Assembly: GCF_964355755.1 (NCBI RefSeq)
Contig: NC_092672.1
Span: 2,418,001-2,482,000, forward strand
Source: Antedon mediterranea
Taxonomy: Eukaryota > Animalia > Echinodermata
DNA length: 64,000 nt
Direction: 5' to 3'
This document shows, one piece after another, positions 12,254 to 25,100 of this stretch. Below the pieces are notes generated by a model. It made no database searches. It worked only from the letters and a program-made list of their open reading frames with translations, and was not told where the DNA came from. The position numbers and the translations under genes are program-made. Every line of letters begins with the position of its first letter. Position 1 is the stretch's first letter.

Positions 12254-14443
12254 ATTTTGTACAGCAATGATGATGCAATGGTACTAGATACATTTGATAA
12301 CAGTGTAAGTTTTATAAACAAATAAAAGGAAAAAATTCAAAAATATAAACATTATTAGTATGTTTGTATTTACAAATTAATAAACAAAAGTATAAACTTA
12401 TTAAACCTTAAGCCTCCTAAACCAGCAGCTGTGCTATAAATAATTACAAAGGCTGTTTGCTCATGGAGGTATCAACAAAGCCGTACCACCTTCATAATAC
12501 CATGTTGTGATATAATGTTTACCAAAAAGTGCTAAATATAATATTAGAAAAACTCTAAAAGACTCAAAATCTATCCACCACCTAATCAAACTGGAAGTTA
12601 AAAAAGAAATGTTATTTTTTTAATAATTGCACAAATAAAGGAATGCGTTGCACACCGAATAAATTTTATTAGTTTTCTGTTTCAAATTTAATTTACCGAC
12701 GCTACAAAAAAAAATTATTATATGCATTCATATATGAATGGTTAGGTAGAATTTGTTTAAATCTTGGTATTATTATTTGCGTACATTGCAGTGCGAACCA
12801 ACACTTCAAGGACTGAAGTAAGAAATATACAAGAGTGACATCTACTACTGCATAATGTTACCGATGTCAAGACATTATAGATACTAAAATGATTCCGTGT
12901 ATTTTTCTAAGAATAATTACTGTACTGTTAAATCAAGAATTCCATATAGTGTTTCATTTATAAGAAAGTGCTAAACAATGTTATAATCACACGTGATATG
13001 AATACCGTTGACCTAAAAAGGGAGTGGTGCAGAAGCTGCTACGAAATCGTCAACAATTACAACTGTATCCAGTTTTAAAACAATAATAACTAAAATTAAG
13101 TATTTCCAAAACATTATTGTAGCTGGCAAATACTTTTATATCAATTTTAAAGAATGTGGGTTGGCCATTTTGTTCCTGTTCATCGGGCAATAGGTTAATG
13201 GCATGTAGGCTAAACATATTAAACGGAAAAGAGTCATTATCTCTACAAAAATAAAACACAATACTACTAATATTACTCTTTCCAAATGTCAGTAATGCAT
13301 TTCATTATTTAACTTCGGCTAACAACAATTTTAATTTTCGGTATACTTTTTTTTCTCTTCTGACTTATTGTTGTCAACATAAGTTTATATTATATCTTAA
13401 GTAAATAAAATAATTATTCAATGAAATTCATCAATGATTTAAGATACTAAATTTGCAGGCTGAAAATGTAAGCGTGTGCCTAAATCAAATGAAAGTTCCC
13501 AAATTTACCAAACCCACATATCGACGTGCACAGACTGGGAATTATGCGGCTTACAATAGTGATTACACATCACGCCCTCATCGTAAATGTTACATTTACA
13601 CAAACAGTGTTGCTAATCAGTGCACAGTGCCCTATTGACCATACATTTACCTCATTTACGATTTGAAAATCTGCTCATGATTTTTTGAGTGATTGAACAC
13701 ATCAACTTCGATAATATTTAACGTTCGTTTCCAGAATAATGAGCATGGAGCAATAAAATCCGAATACCCACCTAATTCTAAAAATACAATGATTATTTTT
13801 GGCGATCTTTTTCCAGAGCCTCTGAGCACTTTAAAGTTTGGATACAGATGATGTAAGAGTTGATGGACGTATCCAAAAACTGAATTGTATCTAATCCACA
13901 CCGTAATTATATAAACAATGGATCTGATTGATCAAATTTGAGCACTTGATTATTTTTGTTAACTAGTATAATAATTATTTCAATAGTAAAATTTGATTAT
14001 TTAAGATGACAACTAGGCCTACATCATTTAATTTTTATGATTTTTGTTAAACATTATTCTTTTAAAATACAACTCAATTACAGTGAATTTTACAGAGCAA
14101 CGTGAACGTTAACTTTAAAAATGCCCTGATCTCGGTAAATGGCGACTAACATTTTTTACAAATGTTTTCCTCTTGGCTGGATAACTTAGCATAGGCTTAA
14201 AGTTTTATGTATTATAATAATAGGCCTATAGGTTTCCTTCCACACCTACTTTGTTTTTATTAATTGTTATCGTACTTGTTTATATAATTATTATTTTATG
14301 TATTTTTAATATATGTGTGGAGAATATTTACTGAATATTTATTGAATATTGAATAAACGAATTGAATTGAATGTGTAGGTTCAAGTCTCAATTAAATTGG
14401 GTTCGTATTTTTAAATACGTTGACCTAAAAAATACACACACAA

Positions 14444-14499
14444 ATATATACACTATATACACTATATACACTATATACACTATATACACTATATACACT
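14444..14499. repeat. 9-bp tandem repeat (tatatacac)n
   Basis: Direct reading. Confidence 0.9.
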
Positions 14500-14658
14500 C
14501 AATGAGATGATAGGATATCATAGCAAACAAATGCAGAATGGAATAATTACAGATTTCGAAAATTATCAAAGAATTCTTAAATTATTATCATCCTAAGCAG
14601 AAGCCCTTTCCACGCATCAATGAAGATTAGTTTTTCAATTCAATTCACATGTATTTAG

Positions 14659-14692
<34 letters not shown>

Positions 14693-15140
14693 ATAAATAT
14701 TATTATTTATAATTCCAATTTCAGTATATAATTGATGGCAAGGGTCCTGCATAAAGTTTACAATTCTGTTTTTGCAGGACCATTTTACATAAAAATACCA
14801 AATAAGGAAATCTTCACATAATAGTACATTTTATATAAACACGAGGCGGACGATCAGATTAAAATAAATATCACCTTGAATTCGTGCGAAATAGAATACC
14901 AAGTTCGGTAATAACAACTTCCAACTAATACTTATCTGTAAGTCAATTGTCTTCCTGTTTATGAAATATGTTGTTTTGGAATTGTATTCTTTTCAATTGA
15001 CTATATAGAAAATTATTATAGAAAAATTGTTATTAGATTGTTTATACCTGGTTTAGATAAGAAATTACACTTAGCCAAAAGTGAACAAGAGATCAAGGTT
15101 CAATAACATTTTCTGTTAAAATCTAATAGACCAGCTAGTT

Positions 15141-15248
15141 CTAACATGTATGACTACTGAAACGTAACGGTGCTTCCTCAACGTTTAGGTTCGAATCTCC
15201 AGTTGCTGTTTTGATGGCCTTAACCATTACATTTTTCAATGAGTCAAC
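15141..15248 (-). pseudogene. Orphan diverged copy of the TPRG1L last exon
   Basis: ag|VDSLKNVMVKAIKTATGDSNLNVEEAPLRFSSHTC* versus the intact VDAFQNAIVQAIKTATGDSNLNVQEAPLRFTIHIG... starting at 33064. Confidence 0.85.
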
Positions 15249-15699
15249 CTAATGTGAAACGTTCTTTAAAACCAATAGACAATAGTACATTATTACCAAA
15301 CGTTAGTCTAGGTTCTAGACCGAACTTATTAAAAAGATAAATATTTTGGTATAATAATAATTTATTTGGAGTTTACACTTTTACAACAGTGGCACTCAAC
15401 CAAGTGAAAGGTGCATCCATAAGAAATATACACAAAAAAATGATGATATAGTAAATAACAAAAGTCGACGTAGGTCAACATGTCAAACAACTCAACTACA
15501 GTAACTACAATACCATTGATATTAATCACTACAGCAGCAGGAAAGCCACTGACACCTAAGAATACAAAACTACAAGAACTAAACAATAATAGAATAGGTA
15601 AGGAACTGTACAATATAAAATGAATTGGGCAACAACAATGTAGACCTAACACTATAATGAGATAGATATCAATCATTTAGTTTGTTGATATGAACATTA

Positions 15700-16365
15700 C
15701 TCGCCTAGAACAATACATCTGTGTGCCCATGCTCTTTTAACATAGTGCTTAAAGTAACGATCAAAGACATTTGATATGGAATCGACGTCAAACATGTTAT
15801 AATAGTAGTTATCAGTTCCACCTAATACAAGATTTAATTTGCTTTTCAGGTCACCAAAGATAAAATCTTCCAAAACATCTAAATGACATCGATTAACATA
15901 TATTCTAATTTGGTATTATTCGTCAATTCTTATGTCATTGAGTTGTATGTGAATAGAAAATGTTGAATGTCTTCTAAACAATTCTTACACATTGTACAGA
16001 TACCATCATAATCAGGAAGCCACTTACAACTCCTGTGACCTAAAGGAAGGGTGTTAGAACGTAGCTTGAATTTGAGGCTAGCACCTAGAAAATCTGTACA
16101 ATCCAATGGATATTTTTCAAGGCACGGATTAGACGTAATAAGAGAGTATGTCTGGAGTGACGACTTTCTTTGCATTTCACTTTTCCAAAATGCAATGTTT
16201 GTGTCATGCATCACCTCTTTAAATCTCTTAACCCAATGACTATCAGGGTCATTGTCAAGGTAGGAAGTTTCGAAAATCAAATCGATGTCCATATTAATAG
16301 ACGTACACGTCTTAGCAAAACTGGGGATCAGTTTATAGCGTTTGTAGTTGAACTTAGACACGTAT
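15700..16365 (-). mobile_element. Non-LTR retrotransposon ORF2 C-terminal fragment
   Basis: ORF 15930-16361 contains KFKLRSNTLPL...ICTMCKNCLEDIQHFLF, typical of the LINE RT C-terminal zinc-knuckle region; cut by the element at 16369. Confidence 0.65.
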
Positions 16366-16368
16366 TAA

Positions 16369-19300
16369 TAGTCCGGTGGCAGGAGGGGGGAATCACCACC
16401 CGAAAGGGGACAAATTGCCATCCAACTTTTCTAGACTAGTATTTTCCGTAGATTGCGAATATGTAAGGTAATCGATCAGGATAGGAAGCGTTTTCGAGAT
16501 ATAAGGGGTCAAAGTTCAAAATTGACCAATTACAACAATGTATTATGTATATGTATTATAACAAATTTATTGAAGCACAATTTGGTCTTTTATTACATTT
16601 TTATGATTATAAGTGTCTATTCAATCACCTTATGAAAAAAAATCCTTTGTGATTAAGGGTCAAATGTCAATATTGACCAATCATAGAACGTACCTATAAA
16701 ACTAAATAAAAACTAATATTTAATAAAAATTGGATGTTTTCTCATCCTGTTAATCAATCATACGCAATGTAAAAGAGCGAATACATCATTTCATCAGTTG
16801 ACATAAGGTCAATTTCATCAGTTGACATAAGGTCAAAGGTCAAAATTTTAATACGCGTATTAGTTAACAAATAAATGCAACGTTGTCCAAACTATGATAT
16901 TGATGGTTTTACAAGTAATCAAATTATTTGATTAGTAAATTTATGTTATTTCATTATAATACTGTATTTAATCAAATCAGACTTCGATCAGGATAGGAAG
17001 CGAATAGGAAGAAATAAGGGGTCAAAGTTCAAAATATTATATACATATGTATTAAAACCAATTTATTAAAGTTCAATTTGGTCTTTTAATACATTTGTAT
17101 GGTTATAGGTATTGTAAGGTGTTATTCAGTCACCTTATAAAACAAATACTTTGCAATTAAAGTTCAAATGTCAATATTGACCAATCTCACAATTTGCATT
17201 TAAAACCAAATAAAAACTAACATTTAAGACAAAATGTTATGTTTTATCATTCTGTTAAGACATCTATCAATCATACACAATCAAAAGAGCACATTTATCA
17301 TTACACAAGTTGACATTGGTCAAAGGTCAACATGTGAATAAATGATATACAAAATAATGCAAAGTTATTCAAACTATGAGATCGATGTTCATAAATGTAA
17401 TCACGTTATTTGATCAGTGAAGTTATGGTATTTTTATATTTTTTCTAGTGCGCATTATTTTAAATGTATTAATATAATACTGTAAAATAAATAATAAAAT
17501 TAATATTATGACGATTAAAATGTTATGATGTTAAAATGTTGCGCTGACCTTCAATGATTTGCCACTATACAGTTGCATTTATTAGGGCTACAATATTCGT
17601 TTTTGGAAAATAAACTACTATTCATCAGAACCAGAGAATACCAATTCGTACAGGATAGGGCATAGGCAGATCCAGGTGGCCAAACTCAATCCACAACTCA
17701 CTACACAGACAGACCACAATTTTTATATAGTTTGGCCCATACAGGAAAGAGTTTCCTGTATACAAATGATTCTAAAATAACCTATATGGATTTGCCCGAA
17801 TGAACCCTCTAAGGACCATTTTGGGATCTCTATGTGGTGTGCTACATAAGGCCCTGTATTAGAAATTAGTATGGGGTAAATAGTCAGTCATAGTCATAGT
17901 CATATATACTTTATTGTCCATTTAAAAAACAGAAATGTGATTTGAAAACTGGCAAAATACAAAAATATAAAATACAATTTACAAAAACACACACAAAAAG
18001 TTAAGAGGCTAAAAATTGTTAAAATTAGATAAAAATTATCGGTTACATTTTACCTTTGTACTCCGGAGTTATATAAGTGTATAGCATTAGGTTCATAGAT
18101 GAACTAAGGAATAAAACTAAATGTGCACCCTCAATCTTTAAATAACATTTATGGATTTGCCCAAATGAACCCAAGGGCCGGTCATTCTCCATGGATGGAC
18201 ATTAAGCCCCATAATGGAAATATAAGGGGTGACACTGTGAGTTCATATAGACAGGCGCGGCCCATGAATTAAGCTGCCTGTGCACTCTCGATCCTTAAGA
18301 AAAATTTATGGATTTGCCCAAATTAACCCAAGGGCCGGTCCTCCGTGGACATTAAGCCCCATAATGGAAATATAATGGGTGAAACTGTGGGTTTATATAG
18401 ACAGGCAGAACCATGGAATAAAGCTGCCTGTGCACTCTCGATCCTTAAGGAACACTTATGGATTTGCCCCTAATTAACCCAAGGGCCGGTCCTCCATGGA
18501 TGGACATTAAGCCCCATAATGGAAATATAATGGGTGACACTGTGGGTTTATATAGACAGACACATGGAATAAAGCTGCCTGTGCACTCTCGATCCTTAAG
18601 GAACACTTATGGATTTGCCCAAATTAACCCCCAAAGGCCGGTCCTCCATGGATGGACATTAAGCCCCATAATGGACATATAAGGGGTGACACTGTGGGTT
18701 AATAATAGACAGGCGGGGCCCATGGAATAAAGCTGCCTTGCACTCTCGATCCTTAAGGAACACTTATGGATTTGCCCAAATTAACCCAAGGGCCGGTCAT
18801 CCATGGACATTAAGCCTCATAATGGAAATATAAGGGGTGACAATGTGGGTTTATATAGACAGGCACATGGAATAAAGCTGCCTGTGCACTCTCGATTCCT
18901 AAGGAACCGATTTGGATTTTGCCTAAAATGAAACAACAGCAGGTCATCTATTTAGACCCTTCTGTGGTTCTCTACTGTATGTTCAGTTCTACATTTGGCT
19001 CCTGTATCGGATCAATGCATTTGGCTACATAAGTTACTGTGTTAGAAATATATCGGGTAACTAAAACTGTAGGTTCCAATATTAAGCCATGGGAAAAGCC
19101 TGTCTGTGCACCTTCAATCCTTTTAAAAGGAACCCATATGGATTTGCCACAATGAACCAAGGGTAACTTCTGAATTCTCTATGAGCCGTACATTCCGTTT
19201 ATTGGAGATACATGGATACCTGATTGAAATTGCTCAAAAGAAAGACATTGTACTGTATAGTAATAGTATTATTCGCCTTCCACACCTCTTTGAATTAAAT

Positions 19301-20070
19301 CCGCCCTGATAGGCTCTTATGTACAGGATTTCAAGGCAATAATCACACTTGCATTTTTCAAACAGTATAATCTATTAGATTGAATAAAAATATCTATTAT
19401 AAACAATTTGCCGTTAGAAATCTCTATGCAATGTCGTTATTTAGATGAGAAAAACAGGTCAAAGGTTAAAATTACAGAAAAATAGGTGTTTCAGTCTCTT
19501 TTTGAAAAAAATGTTGCATTATGGAAAGTATAAACATATATATTGTGAACAATTTGACACCAAAATTGGCTCCTTACGACAAATATTTATTAATTTATGT
19601 TTTTATAACCTTATTCAATTATGTCAAAGGTTAATAACCACACTTCCGGTCATTTTCAAGCAATATCATCTGTTATACTGAATATAAATGTATATCTTTG
19701 GAACAATTTGCTCCTATTTTTAATTCTCTCCGACCTGCCGTTAACTTAGATATAGCAAAAAGAGGTCAAAGGTCAAAATTGCTAACAGTGGGGTTTCCGG
19801 TCAATTTTTCAAAGAAAGTTCTGTTAGAGCTAATATAAACATAAACAATTTTACACCCAAATTATCTCACTACGTCCAGAATTTCCAGAGATATAGCATG
19901 TTTTTATATTGGTCAATTTTGAACTTTGACCCCTTATATCTCGAAAACTCTTCCTATCCTGATCAATTACCTTCCATATTCGTAATCTACGGAAAATTCT
20001 GGTCTAGAAAAGTTGGATGGCAATTTGTCCCCTTTCGGGTGGTGATATCCCCCTTCCTGCCACCGGACTA
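16369..20070. mobile_element. Non-autonomous DNA transposon with ~160-bp TIRs (Academ-like), 3.7 kb
   Basis: TAGTCCGGTGGCAGGA...GACCAAT at the left end and its reverse complement ending CCACCGGACTA at 20070; 3-bp TSD TAA (16366-16368 / 20071-20073); TAG..CTA termini. Confidence 0.8.
18151..18915. repeat. ~150-157-bp tandem repeat, 5 copies, inside the Academ-like element
   Basis: atggatttgccc at 18151, 18308, 18458, 18609, 18766; degenerate copies near 17786 and 19138. Confidence 0.92.
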
Positions 20071-22182
20071 TAAGCATAAAATTAGGCGTTTACCATGTTC
20101 ATTACATAATAATTAATAAATTTGGCTCTAGATCTTGAATAACTTTAATTGAAACCCACCCTAAATCCTCATGTGACATATGGGGTACATATGGCGTTTC
20201 ATACGTATTATACAGGCTTGTATTTTCAAACAAAAATATTGCAAGAGACAAACATAAAAAAGACAATAAATACAGACTTGGGGAGGCAAGTCTACCAAAA
20301 CGTACTTATCTCATTATACGATGGCCAAAAAGAAAGGCAGAATGGAATTAATTACAGAATTTCAATAAAGATTAGTTCGATTGATTCAAAGTAGCCTAAA
20401 GGTCGTTTGAAATATAACGAGTCAGAAAAATCAAACAAGTATAGAATCCGACAACAGGAATATTATTAACTTGGAATCATGCCAAGCCGTACACCAAGTT
20501 TCATTTTATGAAAGGTTTTTAAATTGTTTTAGGATTGTATGTTTCTCTTTCTTTAATTAACTAATGTTGCCAGCAATAGCAAAAAATGTAATACAAGCAT
20601 TGAAACATATTAATGATTCAATAGAATTTGTTTAAATATTATTACATCTCTAAGTTGGATCACGACCACATTGACGTGCAGTTCCACGGACTTGTTTGAG
20701 AAATTCAACGTGGAATAGTAGAATTAGTCATTTACTACTACATTATACTGATAATATATAGAAATGATAACAATTAGTTCAAAGGATTCTGTATATTAGT
20801 TCTAAGATTAATTTTTGTGAAATTTATATGGAATATGATAGACTTCCGTGATCGTGTAGACATTGTGCAATAAGGAAGTGCGAGACGGTCATGTTATAAG
20901 CACAGATGAATAATGTTGATCTCAAACGGGAGTGGTGCAGTAGCTGCTGCGACATCGTCAACAATTCCCGACATTAAATATACAATCCAGTTTTAAGCCA
21001 ATAATTATGTAAGTAGACATTTTTTTAATAATATAAACATCAATCCGGCGACAGCAATCCCAAAACTATTTATTGTAGCGGGCCTCTGACTAGCTATTTA
21101 ATTTTAAGAAACTGAGTGTGATATGGCCTGTTCCTCAGTTCCCCGTACTTGTATGCAATGACATGTAATCATAAGAAAGAGCCAGAATTGTCACTCTAGG
21201 CCTACTAAAACAAGACACTAAATAATTAATGTTTCAAATTATATAGTAATGAATTTCATGATTAAAGTTTAGCTAACAATGTATTTTCGGGTTTCTTTCT
21301 CTTTTGCTACTTAATTACATTCTTGTTAACATAAGTTTACAATCAAAAATTAAATAATAAAATTATTAAATGAAATTCATCACGAGCTGAGATAATACAT
21401 TAGCTGGGTGTATAAATGTAGAGGTCTAAATCAAATAAGAATTCCCATTTTTACAAACAACATATCGAAATAAAATTCTCATCGTGACAGTCTTAACACC
21501 GAGGTATAAAAATAGATGGTGTAAAGAAACAATATCTAACACTATACAAAATGTTTTTTTAATACTGTAATATGAGTGGATATATTGACGGCACTCGTGA
21601 CACAGTCTTAGTTACTACCTAAAAGTCGGTAAGAATATTTTAAGTCAAAAGTCTCACCATAAGTGGCACGTTTCATAATCAATTCGTTTTCATCAGACAA
21701 TCCACATAATGGTAGTTGCTTATGGTATCACTATCGGCCTAAGGTTCAACATTTAGTTCCGCGAAAGATAGTCAATGCATAGAGTCATATGTTCACAAAC
21801 AGTACCAAAACTTCAAATAAACATCATCGGATCAAACACACCTCCGTTAAGCGCGCAGACACTTTACATCGTATGCCCTTTTATCAATAATACCCTGAGA
21901 GGGTTATAGAGTTTGGTATCAGAATCATGTAATTTGATGTTCTGTAAAAGTTTTTCTCGATCCATAATCCCGATATCATACGGTTACCATGATGATTGTG
22001 CATCAATGTCAAAAACATGAAATATTTTTATAAAAAAACTGTATTTATGTAGTGATAGACATCAGGCCATTCATCTTGAATGTTACATTATTCAGCATAT
22101 CGTTGTTTTGTAAAGTACAGGAATTGTCCTAAATTCAAAAATTCTATTTTTCAGAAAGGAAGACAGAAACTGAATTGACAAT

Positions 22183-25100
22183 ATGGCGACAGGTAATAAA
22201 CATAAATGGTGTTTTTGTATTGCATTGAGAAGAACAATTTTAAAATGTTTTTTCTAATCTTCTCTTTTTCCCACTTTTTAATTTTTTTAGAAATAGATTT
22301 TAATGTGGACTTAGTGAACTTTTCAGAATGGTATGATAAAAACAACCTCGTAAGACAGCTAAAGGTTTTATACCACGATTTAATTTCAGTAGCAGACATA
22401 GACAAAGCCAACACAACGATAGATCTACTGGATGCATTGAGGAAAACAGGACGTTTAAGCCGAGGCAATCTGGAGTTACTTTATGAAACGATAAAAATAA
22501 CACAAACGTTTGGAGCTATCAAAGTTTTTCAACAATCTTTCTTCGAAGTTCAAGAAATACAAATTATTAATTTCACCCCATATCGACACTGGATTGCAGA
22601 TTTTGGAAACGAACTACGAAAGGCTGCTGTTAAGAAAATTGATGCACTCTTCAACAATCCTTTAAAGAATTATGAAGACTCGTGGAGTATGATTATAGAC
22701 TTGGAACAAAGACAAATACTTTGTGAAGAAAGAAAAGAAGGGTTTATTAACATTCTTAACAGAATTGGACTGGCATCAACGATGAAATGCCTGACACAAG
22801 GTATGTAACAGGAACGTGTTAGCAAACAAATAATTAATTGGAGAAGATTATAAAAAATAGCCTATATGTGTAAAACATTCACAATAAAGGGAGTAGACCT
22901 AGTTATTATCGTCCCCAAGCGTAACTGTGAATTTGATTAGAACAATATAACGTACAGACATGTGCACCTTAAAAACTTACTAGGTTTACAGATTGTCTTG
23001 GAAAATCTGCACAGGATAGACTAGGTAGGCCTACGTATTTCACTTTCTTTCACCTGAAATACAAATTACCGGTTACAAATTGTTGTTTCCTCCTTTCAAT
23101 CACTACAAACACAAAAATATTCAGTGCTTTGAATGCTGATTGTGTAGGCATATTATTAGATTGAATAGGCCTATGGATATTAAATTCAATGTTTTCACTA
23201 CATAACAATTATTGTATATTTGTATTTTTTCTTGTTTGTTATTTAACAGAGGAAGTGCCGAGAAGTAGTAGTATTGACACAAGAATGCAAATAGAGGAAG
23301 TGCCGAGAAGTAGTAGTAGTGACACAAGAATGCAAATAGAGGAAGGTAACATAGGTTATACTGTTATGTAGGACATTAGAGTCAAAATGATTTTATTGGT
23401 GAAATCAAACTAGAGAAATTAGTACTAGATTGATAAATTAAATGAAATAAAATTAGTGATTTGAAATGTAATTATGGAAAGCGAAATAAACCTAAAATAA
23501 TTCAATTTACCAATTCATTTTTTAAACTCAAACCATAATGTTGTGCAGTTCAACAAAATCTCAATTCACTTTTAACATACGGTGACGTCCTAGGCAACAA
23601 AAGGTAAATTAAATGTTAAGGAGGCCAGAGTACGCATACAATAACCCTTCTTCTATTCCTTATGTTATAATAATGTTTTATCATCAGTATTCTTTAAAGT
23701 TAAAACAATATGCATACCTGTAAGGAAATACAGGTATCTCACTTATGTGATTGGTGAATACGGCCACTGGGGCTTATTTAATCCTATTTCGGATTTGTGA
23801 TAAATTTATTTTTCGGTTTGCTGCCCTCTGTTGGTCATGTTTTTAAAAATTATGCTTCTCTTCTTATCTGATTTATCCATGGATTTATCAAAATTTGTGT
23901 TTGTCGCCCTCTATCAACCTAAATTTACAAATACGTTACGGTACAAGATAAGTAGACTTGCCCCAAGTCTGTATTGTTTTTTTTTATAATTTATTTGTTT
24001 TTATTTCGACCGCGATTTTTGTCTGAAAATACAGACTTGTGAAACACGTATAGAAATCGATTTGCAGACCGCAAACAACTGATAAGAATGACGTAGGTTA
24101 TCATACCGTATTTGGCTATATGGGGCGGGCGGTATGTAAATATGGATTTCAAATCAACCAATGATCATTTTGTTTCAAAATGAAAAAGATCGAGTACGTA
24201 CAGTGCTGAATGTACGATCGAGACTGTTGAAATATAAAATCGTGTTGCCAAGTTGTTTTGTTTATTAATTGTTTAGTCCTTAGCCTAGGCCTACTTCAAC
24301 TCGCACGTATGATCTGCCAAATAAAACGCCAATAAGAGGTAGGCACATACCACCACCGGCACACAAAAGGATTCACACACAACAGACAGGGCTACGACAC
24401 CACTACACAGAACAGCACAGGGTCTAGGTGGGATTTAAATCAAATTATCTCCGCGTAATATTAAATGATCCATTCAATGTTTGATTTGCGGAGAAGCAAG
24501 ACGAGTTTTCATGTTCTTGGGGAAAATCCCATCAAAATCATTTCTAGCCTTCAGAAACTTTCATCAATGTCCCGATCAATGTACCCAAGTACATTGTCTA
24601 AACGTAACATAGCGCATGCGTACCATCTTAGTTGTTGAGTCTTTGAAATTCTGAAATATGAATATTAAAACGGTGTACGAGTGAGTAGCCAATCGCATGC
24701 AGCTGAAACTAGTCAACCGGATAATCTATGCACCAAGAATTCTTGGTGTCAAACCACGTGACTTTTGCGCGTTTCCCCAGACGGAGTATCCAAACTCAAG
24801 TAATACACGTATGAAACGCCATATGTGCAAAAATGTTTATATTTTTACTAATATTAAGAAAAAACTCGGTCTGGAGCCCAGACTACAAGATAAGGAGTGA
24901 GCCTCCGTATATCAGAAAATAGTCTGGTATAACTAATAATAATTACTTGACTTACTTTAACTGAGTACAGTAATAGCAAATTATTATTACATTCGAATTC
25001 CCATACAATTATCTAGGCTTGCAAAAAGAACAAACAACTAATTAATAACATTTTTAAAACTGCTTTATATAAAAGATAAATTAAGATCAACAGTTTAATA

